IMG/VR virus record: IMGVR_UViG_3300004369_000003
Span: 38,540-102,539 of that record
Reading direction: 5' to 3' (one strand)
Length of the DNA: 64,000 nt
Source: a virus
Of this stretch, positions 23,713 through 31,758 are shown piece by piece (within the stretch, counting starts at the first letter, position 1; each line of letters starts with the position of its first letter). Made by a program: the position numbers and the translations under genes. The notes beneath the pieces are model-generated. The model was not told where the DNA came from. It made no database searches and was given only the letters and a program-made list of their open reading frames with translations.

Positions 23713-24060
23713 CTATTTTTTGATGGAAATTTCAACCCAGGTCATTGGCAGTGGGTCGTCTACATAGTCCCCATATTCGGTCTCAGCGTGTTCGTCACAG
23801 ACCGTATATTCGGATTCCTGGTCCAAGAATCCAGCCCACCCAAACTCATAATGGGCGTCTTCAAACATCCTGAAACCATCTGAAAGAGAGTCTGCAACCC
23901 CATCTCGCTGGAGCGTGGAGGCGAGAGCCCTCCTGACAATTTCGTTATCTGTGTCTATGTGCTCAATGGTGTAATAGATAAGGTCGGCTTTTGTCTCTGG
24001 TTCATAACCATTGCCTTCCCACTCTCTCCAGAGCGACTCTCCCAATCTAATGTCTTTCAT
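23713..24060 (-). CDS. Hypothetical acidic protein
   Basis: 115-aa ORF tightly packed in the - strand operon. Confidence 0.7.
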   Translation of the reverse strand: MKDIRLGESLWREWEGNGYEPETKADLIYYTIEHIDTDNEIVRRALASTLQRDGVADSLSDGFRMFEDAHYEFGWAGFLDQESEYTVCDEHAETEYGDYVDDPLPMTWVEISIKK

Positions 24061-24061
24061 G

Positions 24062-24373
24062 TCAGTCTTCTTCTTCTCTCTCCCAAAGTTCTAATTCAGA
24101 GAAGGTTGACGGACTACCACTTGTGATTTTGTGGTTTGTGAACATGTCTAGTTCTGGGTCCCTAAGTTCAAAAATTCCGCTGACTGTAATCTTCCCGCAC
24201 TGGGAGCAAATTTCAACAGTTTGGGTGTTGTATTTATTGGGCACATCAACGCCTATGAGACGAAGTTTGACATTACCTTCGTCATCAACACTTTCTGGTT
24301 CCCAGCGGGCGTGGTCTTTGAGCCAACAGGCTTCACATGTCGGCTGTGGCGTTAAGACTCGCTCTGCGCTCAT
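24062..24373 (-). CDS. Hypothetical protein with two CxxC pairs (possible Zn-binding)
   Basis: CEAC...CSQCG; operon packing. Confidence 0.65.
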   Translation of the reverse strand: MSAERVLTPQPTCEACWLKDHARWEPESVDDEGNVKLRLIGVDVPNKYNTQTVEICSQCGKITVSGIFELRDPELDMFTNHKITSGSPSTFSELELWEREEED

Positions 24374-24671
24374 ACAGATATTCTACCTCTTCAGGGAGAG
24401 CCGTATCTGGAACAAACCGCGATTTTCCTTGCCTTTTAATGAGTTTTCGCTCATTAGGAGTGAGACCTCCCCATACACCGTGAGTCTCGTTTTTTAATCC
24501 CCAAATAGCGCAATCAGTTTTGTATTCGCAAGTAGAGCAAACTTTTTTAGCGTCCCCATACATAGAGTCGTTTGTGCCATTTGATTCTGGGTCGTCTTTG
24601 TCTTGAGCAAAGAAGACGTTAACTCCGACTTCAGTACATGGTGCGTTTTGAAACTCCCAAGGACCTCTCAT
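24333..24671 (-). CDS. whiB: WhiB-family transcription factor
   Basis: APC...VFF...AKKVCSTCEYKTDC...HGVWGGLTPNER. Confidence 0.92.
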   Translation of the reverse strand: MRGPWEFQNAPCTEVGVNVFFAQDKDDPESNGTNDSMYGDAKKVCSTCEYKTDCAIWGLKNETHGVWGGLTPNERKLIKRQGKSRFVPDTALPEEVEYLYERRASLNATADM

Positions 24672-24676
24672 TTAGG

Positions 24677-25012
24677 TCAGTCGTTCCTATGGTTTTGTCC
24701 GACCTCATAACCACAACCAGCATAGCCAGCAATGTCAATCCAGGTATCTGGTTGAAAGCCAGCTTTAGAAACAAATCGAGCGAGCTTCACTCCGACCATA
24801 GCCATTGCTACTTCTTCGGGTGTGAACTCTCGCTCAAAGATGACTTCCCAAATCTTTGCAATGTTGGTGAAGTTTTCCTCGGGACCCCCGTACTGCTTGT
24901 TCCTATCTCCGTTGATAATCCTTGCGGCTTCTCGGAGCGCTTGGACCCTTACGGGGGCATCATCTGTAATTGGGACAGTCACCTGTGGTGTTGTCGTTTC
25001 GTCAGTTGACAT
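24677..25012 (-). CDS. DUF6378-like phage protein (related to dNTP pyrophosphatase/nucleotide-modification neighbourhoods)
   Basis: IINGDRNKQYGGPEENFTNIAKIW...VAMAMVGVKLAR...DTWIDIAGYA. Confidence 0.75.
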   Translation of the reverse strand: MSTDETTTPQVTVPITDDAPVRVQALREAARIINGDRNKQYGGPEENFTNIAKIWEVIFEREFTPEEVAMAMVGVKLARFVSKAGFQPDTWIDIAGYAGCGYEVGQNHRND

Positions 25013-25250
25013 CTTTCAACCTCGCAATCACTTCGGCGGTATATTCAAATTCACTAGAAACGTCTTTTGTCTTTCTGACGATGAGTTCATAGTTAATCTT
25101 CGGTCTAGAGGTCTCTTCTTCGTCTTCCTCAAACTCGTCGTCTGGGTCGGACTCAGAAAGAAACTTATAGATGGCGGCTTCAGCGTTTGCTTTCAGTTCC
25201 GAATAACTATCTCCGCCAACTTCAAAATGAACAGTTGTCGTTGTTGACAT
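25002..25250 (-). CDS. Hypothetical protein
   Basis: 82-aa ORF with overlapping start/stop coupling to neighbours. Confidence 0.7.
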   Translation of the reverse strand: MSTTTTVHFEVGGDSYSELKANAEAAIYKFLSESDPDDEFEEDEEETSRPKINYELIVRKTKDVSSEFEYTAEVIARLKDVN

Positions 25251-25669
25251 TATGAAACCAACTTTTCCAGTTTGTCTGGCGGATAGTGCGCTCCATCAAG
25301 AACTGGTTCTTTTCCATCTGTTGTTTTGATGATTACATCTCCGTAACGGACACCGACAACAACACCGACGCGACCATTGTGGATTGTTCCAAGTTCGCCA
25401 CCGAAAGCGTCAAACCTAACTCGAACTCTTTCGGCAACTCTGATGTCTCCTGGTCTTACTGGAACCCACACTTCGTCTTTTTTGTCTTTTACAAAGGTGT
25501 GTCCCTTGGCTAGCAAGGAAAACATTTCAATGGTCTTGCTTTGATGCTCTTCAGTCAATTCAATGGAATCAAAGAGTTCAATTAGTTTCATCGTAGCGTC
25601 GCCAACTGGCTTTCTTACTCGCGCCGCCTGGAGTTGTTCTTTTACCCATTTCATGTCAAGGTTTGCCAT
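25250..25669 (-). CDS. Hypothetical protein with SH3/KOW-like C-terminus
   Basis: AAAGGAG RBS; IRVAERVRV...HNGRVGVVVGVRYGDVII. Confidence 0.65.
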   Translation of the reverse strand: MANLDMKWVKEQLQAARVRKPVGDATMKLIELFDSIELTEEHQSKTIEMFSLLAKGHTFVKDKKDEVWVPVRPGDIRVAERVRVRFDAFGGELGTIHNGRVGVVVGVRYGDVIIKTTDGKEPVLDGAHYPPDKLEKLVS

Positions 25670-25703
25670 TTTGGGCTCCTTTCTTTAAGCGATTCTAGTT
25701 TAT

Positions 25704-26738
25704 TTATGACGCAAAAGTAAAGGAGTCAGACCTGACAATCTGACCCTCTACAGCCTTGCTGAGGCGTTCGGAGGACTCTTCAAAAGACATAATGTGTCGC
25801 TTGTATGACTCTTTCTGAAAGTCAGCAAGTTCTATTCTTTCTTGCAGACCCATCTCCTCAATGGACGATGCCAAATAGGTCCAAGAAGAACCCATAAAAC
25901 TCGTGTGCCTCCAATCAGTCGCCACTGGGACGCGCTGCTGAAGTGACTGTGCCAGTAGGGGGGACCACCAGGGCTGTCCTTGGCGATACACCGAAACCAG
26001 TGAGCCAACGCTTCCAGCAACCCTCTGAAGAACCTCACTCTGAGGCTCTAGACGCTTCTGAGTAAGCGGTTCAATATCTGCAGAAAGGGTTTTTTGGAGT
26101 TTCTTTACCCACACCGAGTTTGGAACATCAGCAGTCCAATAGTCTTTGTTTTGCTGCGTTACTTGATGTGTCTCCGTGTTCCGTAGAATCCAGTCATCAA
26201 CTTCCACGGGGAAAAGGCTGTCCCACCTAAGAAGGCTTCTTTGATACTGGTCAATTGAGCACCAAGGAAACGCTGGGTAGTAGGTCTTAGGCCAAGTTCT
26301 ACTAAATAGAAACTCTATAAAACCAATGACCTCGTTCTGGTATTTGTTTTCAGAGGTGAAGTCCGAATAACTTTTTCTTCTGCTGTAGAAATCTTTCGTC
26401 AAGTCCGAAACGCCACTCCTACATGAGTTGATAGATGCTTGAAGTTTGTGTGGTTCTGGAGCGTCAATAAACATCTCCAGATTTCCTAACTTCCAAGCCC
26501 TGTATCCGATAGCAAAGGCAGGGTAGACCTTGTATGCAGTCACACTCGTTGGTGGAGCAATGCCAAGGAGAACCTTGTCGTATTTATCTAGTTCCTCCAT
26601 AGACAGCCCCAGTGTGGGCTTTTCCATGAAGTGAACCTCATGTCCTTGGCTCGCAAGTGCGTCCTTTAGATACGCCGAGAATGTTGGACCAAATTGGCTT
26701 GTTTGAGATGCCGTTGAGCCCGTAATCAAAATTTTCAT
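25704..26738 (-). CDS. Putative GT-B-fold glycosyltransferase-like protein (T4 beta-glucosyltransferase-like)
   Basis: N-terminal MKILITG...LKDALASQGHEV (GT-B start); C-terminal GSLVSVY...WWSPLLAQSLQQRVPVATD resembles the GT-B nucleotide-sugar domain. Confidence 0.45.
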   Translation of the reverse strand: MKILITGSTASQTSQFGPTFSAYLKDALASQGHEVHFMEKPTLGLSMEELDKYDKVLLGIAPPTSVTAYKVYPAFAIGYRAWKLGNLEMFIDAPEPHKLQASINSCRSGVSDLTKDFYSRRKSYSDFTSENKYQNEVIGFIEFLFSRTWPKTYYPAFPWCSIDQYQRSLLRWDSLFPVEVDDWILRNTETHQVTQQNKDYWTADVPNSVWVKKLQKTLSADIEPLTQKRLEPQSEVLQRVAGSVGSLVSVYRQGQPWWSPLLAQSLQQRVPVATDWRHTSFMGSSWTYLASSIEEMGLQERIELADFQKESYKRHIMSFEESSERLSKAVEGQIVRSDSFTFAS

Positions 26739-26759
26739 TTCACTCTTCCTGTCTTTTTA

Positions 26760-26802
26760 CTGGAAAGCCGCCCAACCCCTCTTAGGGCTGGACGGCTTCC
26801 AG
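26760..26802 (-). terminator. Long GC-rich RNA hairpin after ssb (terminator/stabiliser candidate)
   Basis: On the - strand CUGGAAGCCGUCCAGCCCU pairs with GGGGUUGGGCGGCUUUCCAG using G-U pairs; no U-tract. Confidence 0.55.
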
Positions 26803-26803
26803 A

Positions 26804-26825
26804 GGTATATCTGTACAGATATACC
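26804..26825. repeat. Perfect 22-bp palindrome GGTATATCTGTACAGATATACC
   Basis: Seen directly; exact reverse-complement symmetry. Confidence 0.9.
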
Positions 26826-26827
26826 GA

Positions 26828-27376
26828 TTAGAACGGAGCGGTAGGTGCTGCCGTTGAAGTACCCGCTCCAACCGTGCTTGCAGCCGTAGGCGGTGCAGGC
26901 GGTGCAGGAGGGGCAGGTGGCGCTGCAGGAGCGGGCGCTGCGGCTGTCTGAGGAGCCGCAGTAGCTGCTGCGTTTGCCGTGTAGTAGTTCTTGATTTCGT
27001 TCCGCTTGTTGCCGTTGTAGGTACGGGAACCGACCTGACCACGGAACTTGCGACCAACCATTGCCTGCTCAATCTGAGCGTTCGACGGGTTAGAGTCGAA
27101 GAACTCCTTTGAGAGACCCATAGCGGTCATCTTGCGGAAGAAGATGCCCAGGGCAGTCGGATTGTCGGGAGAAACCACGAGGTTATCCCAGACGAGACGC
27201 TTGGCGTGAGGGCCATCGTCAACCTGTGCCTTGAGGCTGAACATGGTCTTACCCGACTGGGTGACCTTTGCGGTCCCCTCAAGAACGGTGAAGTTATAAT
27301 CACCGTCTGGGAGGGGCTCATAGGATTGGGTCTCGCCTGCTTCCTTAATCAGGTCCGACCAGTTGAGTGAACTCAT
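26828..27376 (-). CDS. Single-stranded DNA-binding protein (DUF669-like)
   Basis: YEPLPDGDY...KVTQSGKTM...RNEIKNY with Pro/Ala tail ending PF; follows a Sak4-like gene. Confidence 0.8.
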   Translation of the reverse strand: MSSLNWSDLIKEAGETQSYEPLPDGDYNFTVLEGTAKVTQSGKTMFSLKAQVDDGPHAKRLVWDNLVVSPDNPTALGIFFRKMTAMGLSKEFFDSNPSNAQIEQAMVGRKFRGQVGSRTYNGNKRNEIKNYYTANAAATAAPQTAAAPAPAAPPAPPAPPAPPTAASTVGAGTSTAAPTAPF

Positions 27377-28152
27377 ACTGCTACCTCATCTTTCTTCTTG
27401 GTTGACTTTTCGGCCTGTCGAGGTCCGAAAATGGTGTTCAGCATCTCTTCAATGCTGAGGTTTTGTTGCTCCACGATTGAGCCCAGTCGTCCCTGAACTC
27501 GCTCGCCCGCTTCGTAGTCCGCAGTCCGTTCAACGTACATACGGCGAACCTTGTACGGAGGCTGAAGTGGGTCTGGATTGACGACTGACTCAACAGTCAG
27601 AGCACCGAGAATGTCATAGAAGTACGGTGCCTGAATGGCGAGCTGTCCTTGAAGGTACGGACGATGGCGTCCGTCCTGTGTAACCCTAGACATCGCTGTA
27701 AGCACAACTGCCTCCAGCGGGGTCGTGGGGTGCATCGTGAGGTCGCGGAGGTCACGAAGAAGTCCGCCCATGTGGCGAAGAAGTTCGCCCCACTGCTGCA
27801 TCTTCATTTGCTCGTTGCCCGCGATGCTGTCCATGCACTTGACCTGCAACTCCGAGATGGAGTCGATAATCAAGGACTTGAACTGGTGCTTACCAGCCTG
27901 TAGCCACTGGTAGGTCTTGAGAACCGTGTCGTAGTCCCGAACGGGAACAACAGCGGTGTCCCAAGAGCCATCAGCAACAGGTGGCTCTTCCCTAAGCGGG
28001 TCCCAGTACTTGATGTTGATGGGGAGGAACCTGTGTCCACCCTCAACGTCAAGCATGAGACGCGGGTAAGGTGCGGTCACGGCGAAGGATGACTTACCAA
28101 CCTTTGACTCGCCGTAAACCATTACGGTCAATGACCGTTGGATATTACTCAT
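27373..28152 (-). CDS. Sak4-like AAA/RecA-fold ssDNA-annealing ATPase
   Basis: Walker A YGESKVGKS, LDVEGG, Walker B LIIDSISELQ. Confidence 0.85.
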   Translation of the reverse strand: MSNIQRSLTVMVYGESKVGKSSFAVTAPYPRLMLDVEGGHRFLPINIKYWDPLREEPPVADGSWDTAVVPVRDYDTVLKTYQWLQAGKHQFKSLIIDSISELQVKCMDSIAGNEQMKMQQWGELLRHMGGLLRDLRDLTMHPTTPLEAVVLTAMSRVTQDGRHRPYLQGQLAIQAPYFYDILGALTVESVVNPDPLQPPYKVRRMYVERTADYEAGERVQGRLGSIVEQQNLSIEEMLNTIFGPRQAEKSTKKKDEVAV

Positions 28153-28155
28153 GCG

Positions 28156-29085
28156 TCACTCGTTTCCTTTGTTGTCGTCTTGCGTTCCGTAGTAGCCATA
28201 TGGGTCGGCTTCTACGAAAAGCTCCTCTATTGCTTGCTCAGCCGCACTTCCATCGTCTGTCAAAGTACATACGTTGAAGAAAGGGCACTTCCACTTGCAA
28301 TCCCGCGACGGGCGTGGGTACGCATGGAAAGCTGGGCTCTCCCCCTCGTCCAGAGCCTTGCGGACCCTCATAAGGTCAGCAATGGTCCCGTGGATGCGGT
28401 CCCAGAAGGACCTCAAGGTGAAGATGTTGTGACGGACCTCAATCTGGTCATAGAAAGGGGGCCGTGCGTTTGCTGAACGGCGAACCTTCTTCAACATTGT
28501 GAAGATGCCACCGTCTGAACGGTTCTCCTCGTTCTCCTTAGTGGATTCGAGAAGCATGTAGGTCAGAATCTGCTCATTCATAGGAGCGAGATTTGCGAAG
28601 TCGCCCAGGGAGCCTCCGACAGTTTTGAAGTCGCGGAACATGCGAACACCGTCTGCCTTGCGACGAACACGCATGTCCAACTTGCCAGTGAGTTCTACTT
28701 CACCATTGAAAAGAGGAGCGGTGATTTGCTCTTCGGTGGAGACCATTTCAAGTTCAGCGTCAATGCCGTTTTCTTCGACCCATTGGAGGTAGCCGTCAAG
28801 CATGATGTGACCAAGCTCGGCTTCCTTTTCAAGTTCGGCTACATCCTTGAACTCTTCAAGCAGAGCAGCCTTCTCAGCGTTAACAAGATTTGTGTGCGCC
28901 TCAAGAAGAGGTACGCCCTTTGAGTAGTACTGGTCAAGCGCCTCGTGAATTCGACTTCCAAGTGCAAGCGCACCAGTTACATCTTTGTACTTAGGCTGAA
29001 GTCGTCGGTAGTACTGAAACCACCATTTACGTCTGCAGTCTTTGAATGTCTGTAGTTCTGAGTTTGAGAGTCGTACAACGCTCAT
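28156..29085 (-). CDS. Cas4/RecB-like PD-(D/E)XK exonuclease
   Basis: SNSELQTFKDCRRKW, GSRIHEAL, LTGKLD, RDFKT, C-terminal CKWKCPFFNVC. Confidence 0.88.
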   Translation of the reverse strand: MSVVRLSNSELQTFKDCRRKWWFQYYRRLQPKYKDVTGALALGSRIHEALDQYYSKGVPLLEAHTNLVNAEKAALLEEFKDVAELEKEAELGHIMLDGYLQWVEENGIDAELEMVSTEEQITAPLFNGEVELTGKLDMRVRRKADGVRMFRDFKTVGGSLGDFANLAPMNEQILTYMLLESTKENEENRSDGGIFTMLKKVRRSANARPPFYDQIEVRHNIFTLRSFWDRIHGTIADLMRVRKALDEGESPAFHAYPRPSRDCKWKCPFFNVCTLTDDGSAAEQAIEELFVEADPYGYYGTQDDNKGNE

Positions 29086-30893
29086 TTCTTAGCCCCCTTA
29101 GCTTCCTTCAGTATAGAGAGGAGTTGGTCCTTATCGCGAACAACTTCCTCAAAATTCTCACCTTTTGTTTCTAGCACCTGGATGACTCTTTCTTCAATAG
29201 TTCCTTCGGTTACATAATCCGTAATGATGACCGAATCGTGAATCTCGGAGCCGATACGGTGCACTCGGTCCATAGCCTGCTTGTGGTCCACTAGAGACCA
29301 AGGGCGCTGAAGCATGACCAACCTACGAGCGGCAGTAAGTGTTACTCCCACGCCCCCAGCCTGGGCGGTAAAGAGAATGAACTTGGTTTTACCGCTCTGA
29401 AAATCGTCAATAGCCTTCTGACGCTCGTCCTCATTTTGGTCACCAGTAATGAGACCATGCTCAATCTTCGCCTTAGTCATAGCGGCGCTGAGAAGGTTGA
29501 TGAGTTGCTTTGAAACGGCGCAGACAGCAACTGAGTCATCACCGAAATCGCCACTACTGATGTCGCCCATAAGAGCGTCAACCTTGCAGGAGGGCTCCGC
29601 CAGAACAGCCTTCAACTCACCAGTAATTTCGTTGAGTTCCATCGTGGCAAAAGAATTTGCAAACTGGTTGAGACGGGTGGTCTGAGTCAGAATGCTCGGT
29701 GCAGTTAGGACTTCACCAGACTCAAGTTCAGCAAGCATCAGGTCGCGCATCTGCTCGTATGCCTTCTTCTGCTTAGAGGACATCTCAACATCGCGACGGT
29801 CATTGATTACCTCAGGAAGCCAAGGAAGAACCTTCTGCTTGAGCATTCGACGCATGTACGGGTTAATGGTTTTATAAAACTCTTCTTGCATGTGAGGCTT
29901 TACACCTAGAACTAACATGCCACCAAAAGCATTGAGCATCGTGTCAATCATTCGCTCAATCCATTTAGTCTTGCTAGGCCAATCCTTAGGGGAAAGCCAA
30001 TGGAGGATGCTCCACAGGTCTACAACGTTGTTGGCTATCGGCGTCCCCGTGAGTGCAAATCGAATGTCTGCATCGCCCGTCGCTGACCAAAGCGCACGAG
30101 TTTGCTTAGACTTTGGGTCCTTAGAACGGTGAATCTCATCTGCGATGACGGCCTTAAAGTTAATGGCGTTGAGTTCTCGGAGATGGACTTCGCATCGGTT
30201 TTGCGAGACTGATTCATCGTGTCCTCCACAATCTGAGCATCGGGTAAGGGCAACAGAGCCGTAGGGGGCAAGACGAGAGTGGGCTCGCAGAGACTCCCAG
30301 TTGATGATTACAACATCAATGTTACTTTCATTGATGATGTCAAACTGCTTCTTCCTCTGAGCAGCAGTTCCCTTGATAATTTGGGTTGTTACTTCAGGCC
30401 ACCAGCGTCGAAGCTCACGCTCCCAGTTTTTCTTAAGAGTGTTGGGGCAGACAATCAGAGCGGGAAAAACATCAACTCCGTCTGCACGCATTTTCTTGAG
30501 AGCACGAATCGCCTGAGCGCTCTTACCAAGACCTGGCTCGTCTGCCAATAGCGCACGCTTGGCTGTTGCAAGGTACGCAACACCTGCACGCTGGTGAGGG
30601 AAGAGGTCTTCGTCTCCCTCGTATTCTTCAAGTTCCCGAAGGGCTAGAGATGGGTCAATCCTGGTGTTCTTCTCAGTGGTTGCCCACTCCATGAGCCCAG
30701 GACCAATTTCAAGGTCAGAATTAAAAGTTGAACGCAGTGCTTGGCAACTTGCCCAACTGAGTGGGACACGCCAGACCTGCTCTTGGGTTGACCACGACGA
30801 GCCTGGGATGCTCTTGCACAGTTCCTTGAACCGCCAGTCGGCGTTGATAAGGATGTGGCTCTGTTCGTTGTCAAGGTCTACCGATACTGGCAT
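29082..30893 (-). CDS. SNF2-family DNA helicase
   Basis: ADEPGLGKS, IADEIH, ALTGTP, GGVGVTL, QAMDRVHRIG. Confidence 0.92.
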   Translation of the reverse strand: MPVSVDLDNEQSHILINADWRFKELCKSIPGSSWSTQEQVWRVPLSWASCQALRSTFNSDLEIGPGLMEWATTEKNTRIDPSLALRELEEYEGDEDLFPHQRAGVAYLATAKRALLADEPGLGKSAQAIRALKKMRADGVDVFPALIVCPNTLKKNWERELRRWWPEVTTQIIKGTAAQRKKQFDIINESNIDVVIINWESLRAHSRLAPYGSVALTRCSDCGGHDESVSQNRCEVHLRELNAINFKAVIADEIHRSKDPKSKQTRALWSATGDADIRFALTGTPIANNVVDLWSILHWLSPKDWPSKTKWIERMIDTMLNAFGGMLVLGVKPHMQEEFYKTINPYMRRMLKQKVLPWLPEVINDRRDVEMSSKQKKAYEQMRDLMLAELESGEVLTAPSILTQTTRLNQFANSFATMELNEITGELKAVLAEPSCKVDALMGDISSGDFGDDSVAVCAVSKQLINLLSAAMTKAKIEHGLITGDQNEDERQKAIDDFQSGKTKFILFTAQAGGVGVTLTAARRLVMLQRPWSLVDHKQAMDRVHRIGSEIHDSVIITDYVTEGTIEERVIQVLETKGENFEEVVRDKDQLLSILKEAKGAKK

Positions 30894-30922
30894 TTGACCT
30901 ACCTTTCGTCGCTCTGTCTCTG

Positions 30923-30970
30923 AGTCTAGCAGATGCCTAACAGCATTTGCAAAGTTTTTTTGTTTTTTCT
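30923..30970 (-). promoter_or_regulatory. SigA-type promoter with UP element driving helicase-recombination operon
   Basis: On the - strand: A-tracts, then TTGCAA, 18 nt, (TG-extended) TAGACT; RBS GAAAGGTAGG. Confidence 0.7.
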
Positions 30971-30971
30971 G

Positions 30972-31439
30972 TTAGTTACTTTCCAGAAGAGTTCTAGGTA
31001 CCCATCCTAGAGTAACCATGCGAAGAAGTCCATGACGAATCGCGTCATTGGCGTGTCCGTCACCGCCTCTGTGCCACGTTCCCAATTCCTTGAGTCTTGG
31101 GTTGGGAAACATGTTTTTTGCGTTTACAGGGGCTTGGAAAGCGATTTTAGAAGGGTCGTAGCCAGACTTCCAGCAGATGTATTTCAAGACCCCGATTTGC
31201 TCCAAGGAGTAGGGTGCTTGAGAGTTCCTTACCGTCTGAGCGTTTATGATAAAACTTTCGCAGGCTACATGAAAGTTGGTTGTGTCTTGAGACCTTGGCA
31301 TACACTCCTCAGCAGCCCGAGAAAAGCCCTCAAAATCCAATTCAGCAGAGTATGCCAACCTTGGTATGTCGGCTCCCTTTTCTAAATCAAGAAGAGCAAA
31401 TCCCGTTGTCTTCCCTGGGTCAACTGCCATAACAATCAT
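30972..31439 (-). CDS. RuvC-like Holliday junction resolvase
   Basis: Start at 31439 overlaps the upstream stop (ATGA); VMAVDPGKTTG, ACESF, HANDAIRH. Confidence 0.8.
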   Translation of the reverse strand: MIVMAVDPGKTTGFALLDLEKGADIPRLAYSAELDFEGFSRAAEECMPRSQDTTNFHVACESFIINAQTVRNSQAPYSLEQIGVLKYICWKSGYDPSKIAFQAPVNAKNMFPNPRLKELGTWHRGGDGHANDAIRHGLLRMVTLGWVPRTLLESN

Positions 31440-31756
31440 GTCCACACCACCTCTGCAACTCCGTATCTTTTTAGATACCCCTCGCACTTCTTACAAGGCT
31501 TAGACATTGCTGGCTCTCCATTCCGATTGACCCTGGCGACATACACCTTTGAGCCCTTCGCGGAAGTTCCAGCGGCGAGCACGGCTGCGACTTCGGCGTG
31601 AACATAAGAACGACGCCATTGATATTCGGGGTCGCCAATTTTCTTGTTCGTCGCTTGGGCTATGACCCTCCCTCGCGAAACCACAATGCAACCGTGCTTG
31701 TATCGACACTTGCTCGTCTCCGCGACTTCAAGTGCCTTTGCAAGGTACTTATTCAT
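31436..31756 (-). CDS. Cytidine/deoxycytidylate deaminase family protein
   Basis: HAE and SKPCKKC zinc motifs; likely start MNKYLAK at 31756. Confidence 0.85.
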   Translation of the reverse strand: MNKYLAKALEVAETSKCRYKHGCIVVSRGRVIAQATNKKIGDPEYQWRRSYVHAEVAAVLAAGTSAKGSKVYVARVNRNGEPAMSKPCKKCEGYLKRYGVAEVVWT

Positions 31757-31758
31757 GG

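Noticed and set aside
28156-29085. Cas4-like gene as evidence of a CRISPR-Cas system
   Set aside because: No cas1/cas2 or array; lies in the usual phage exonuclease-Sak4-SSB recombination module
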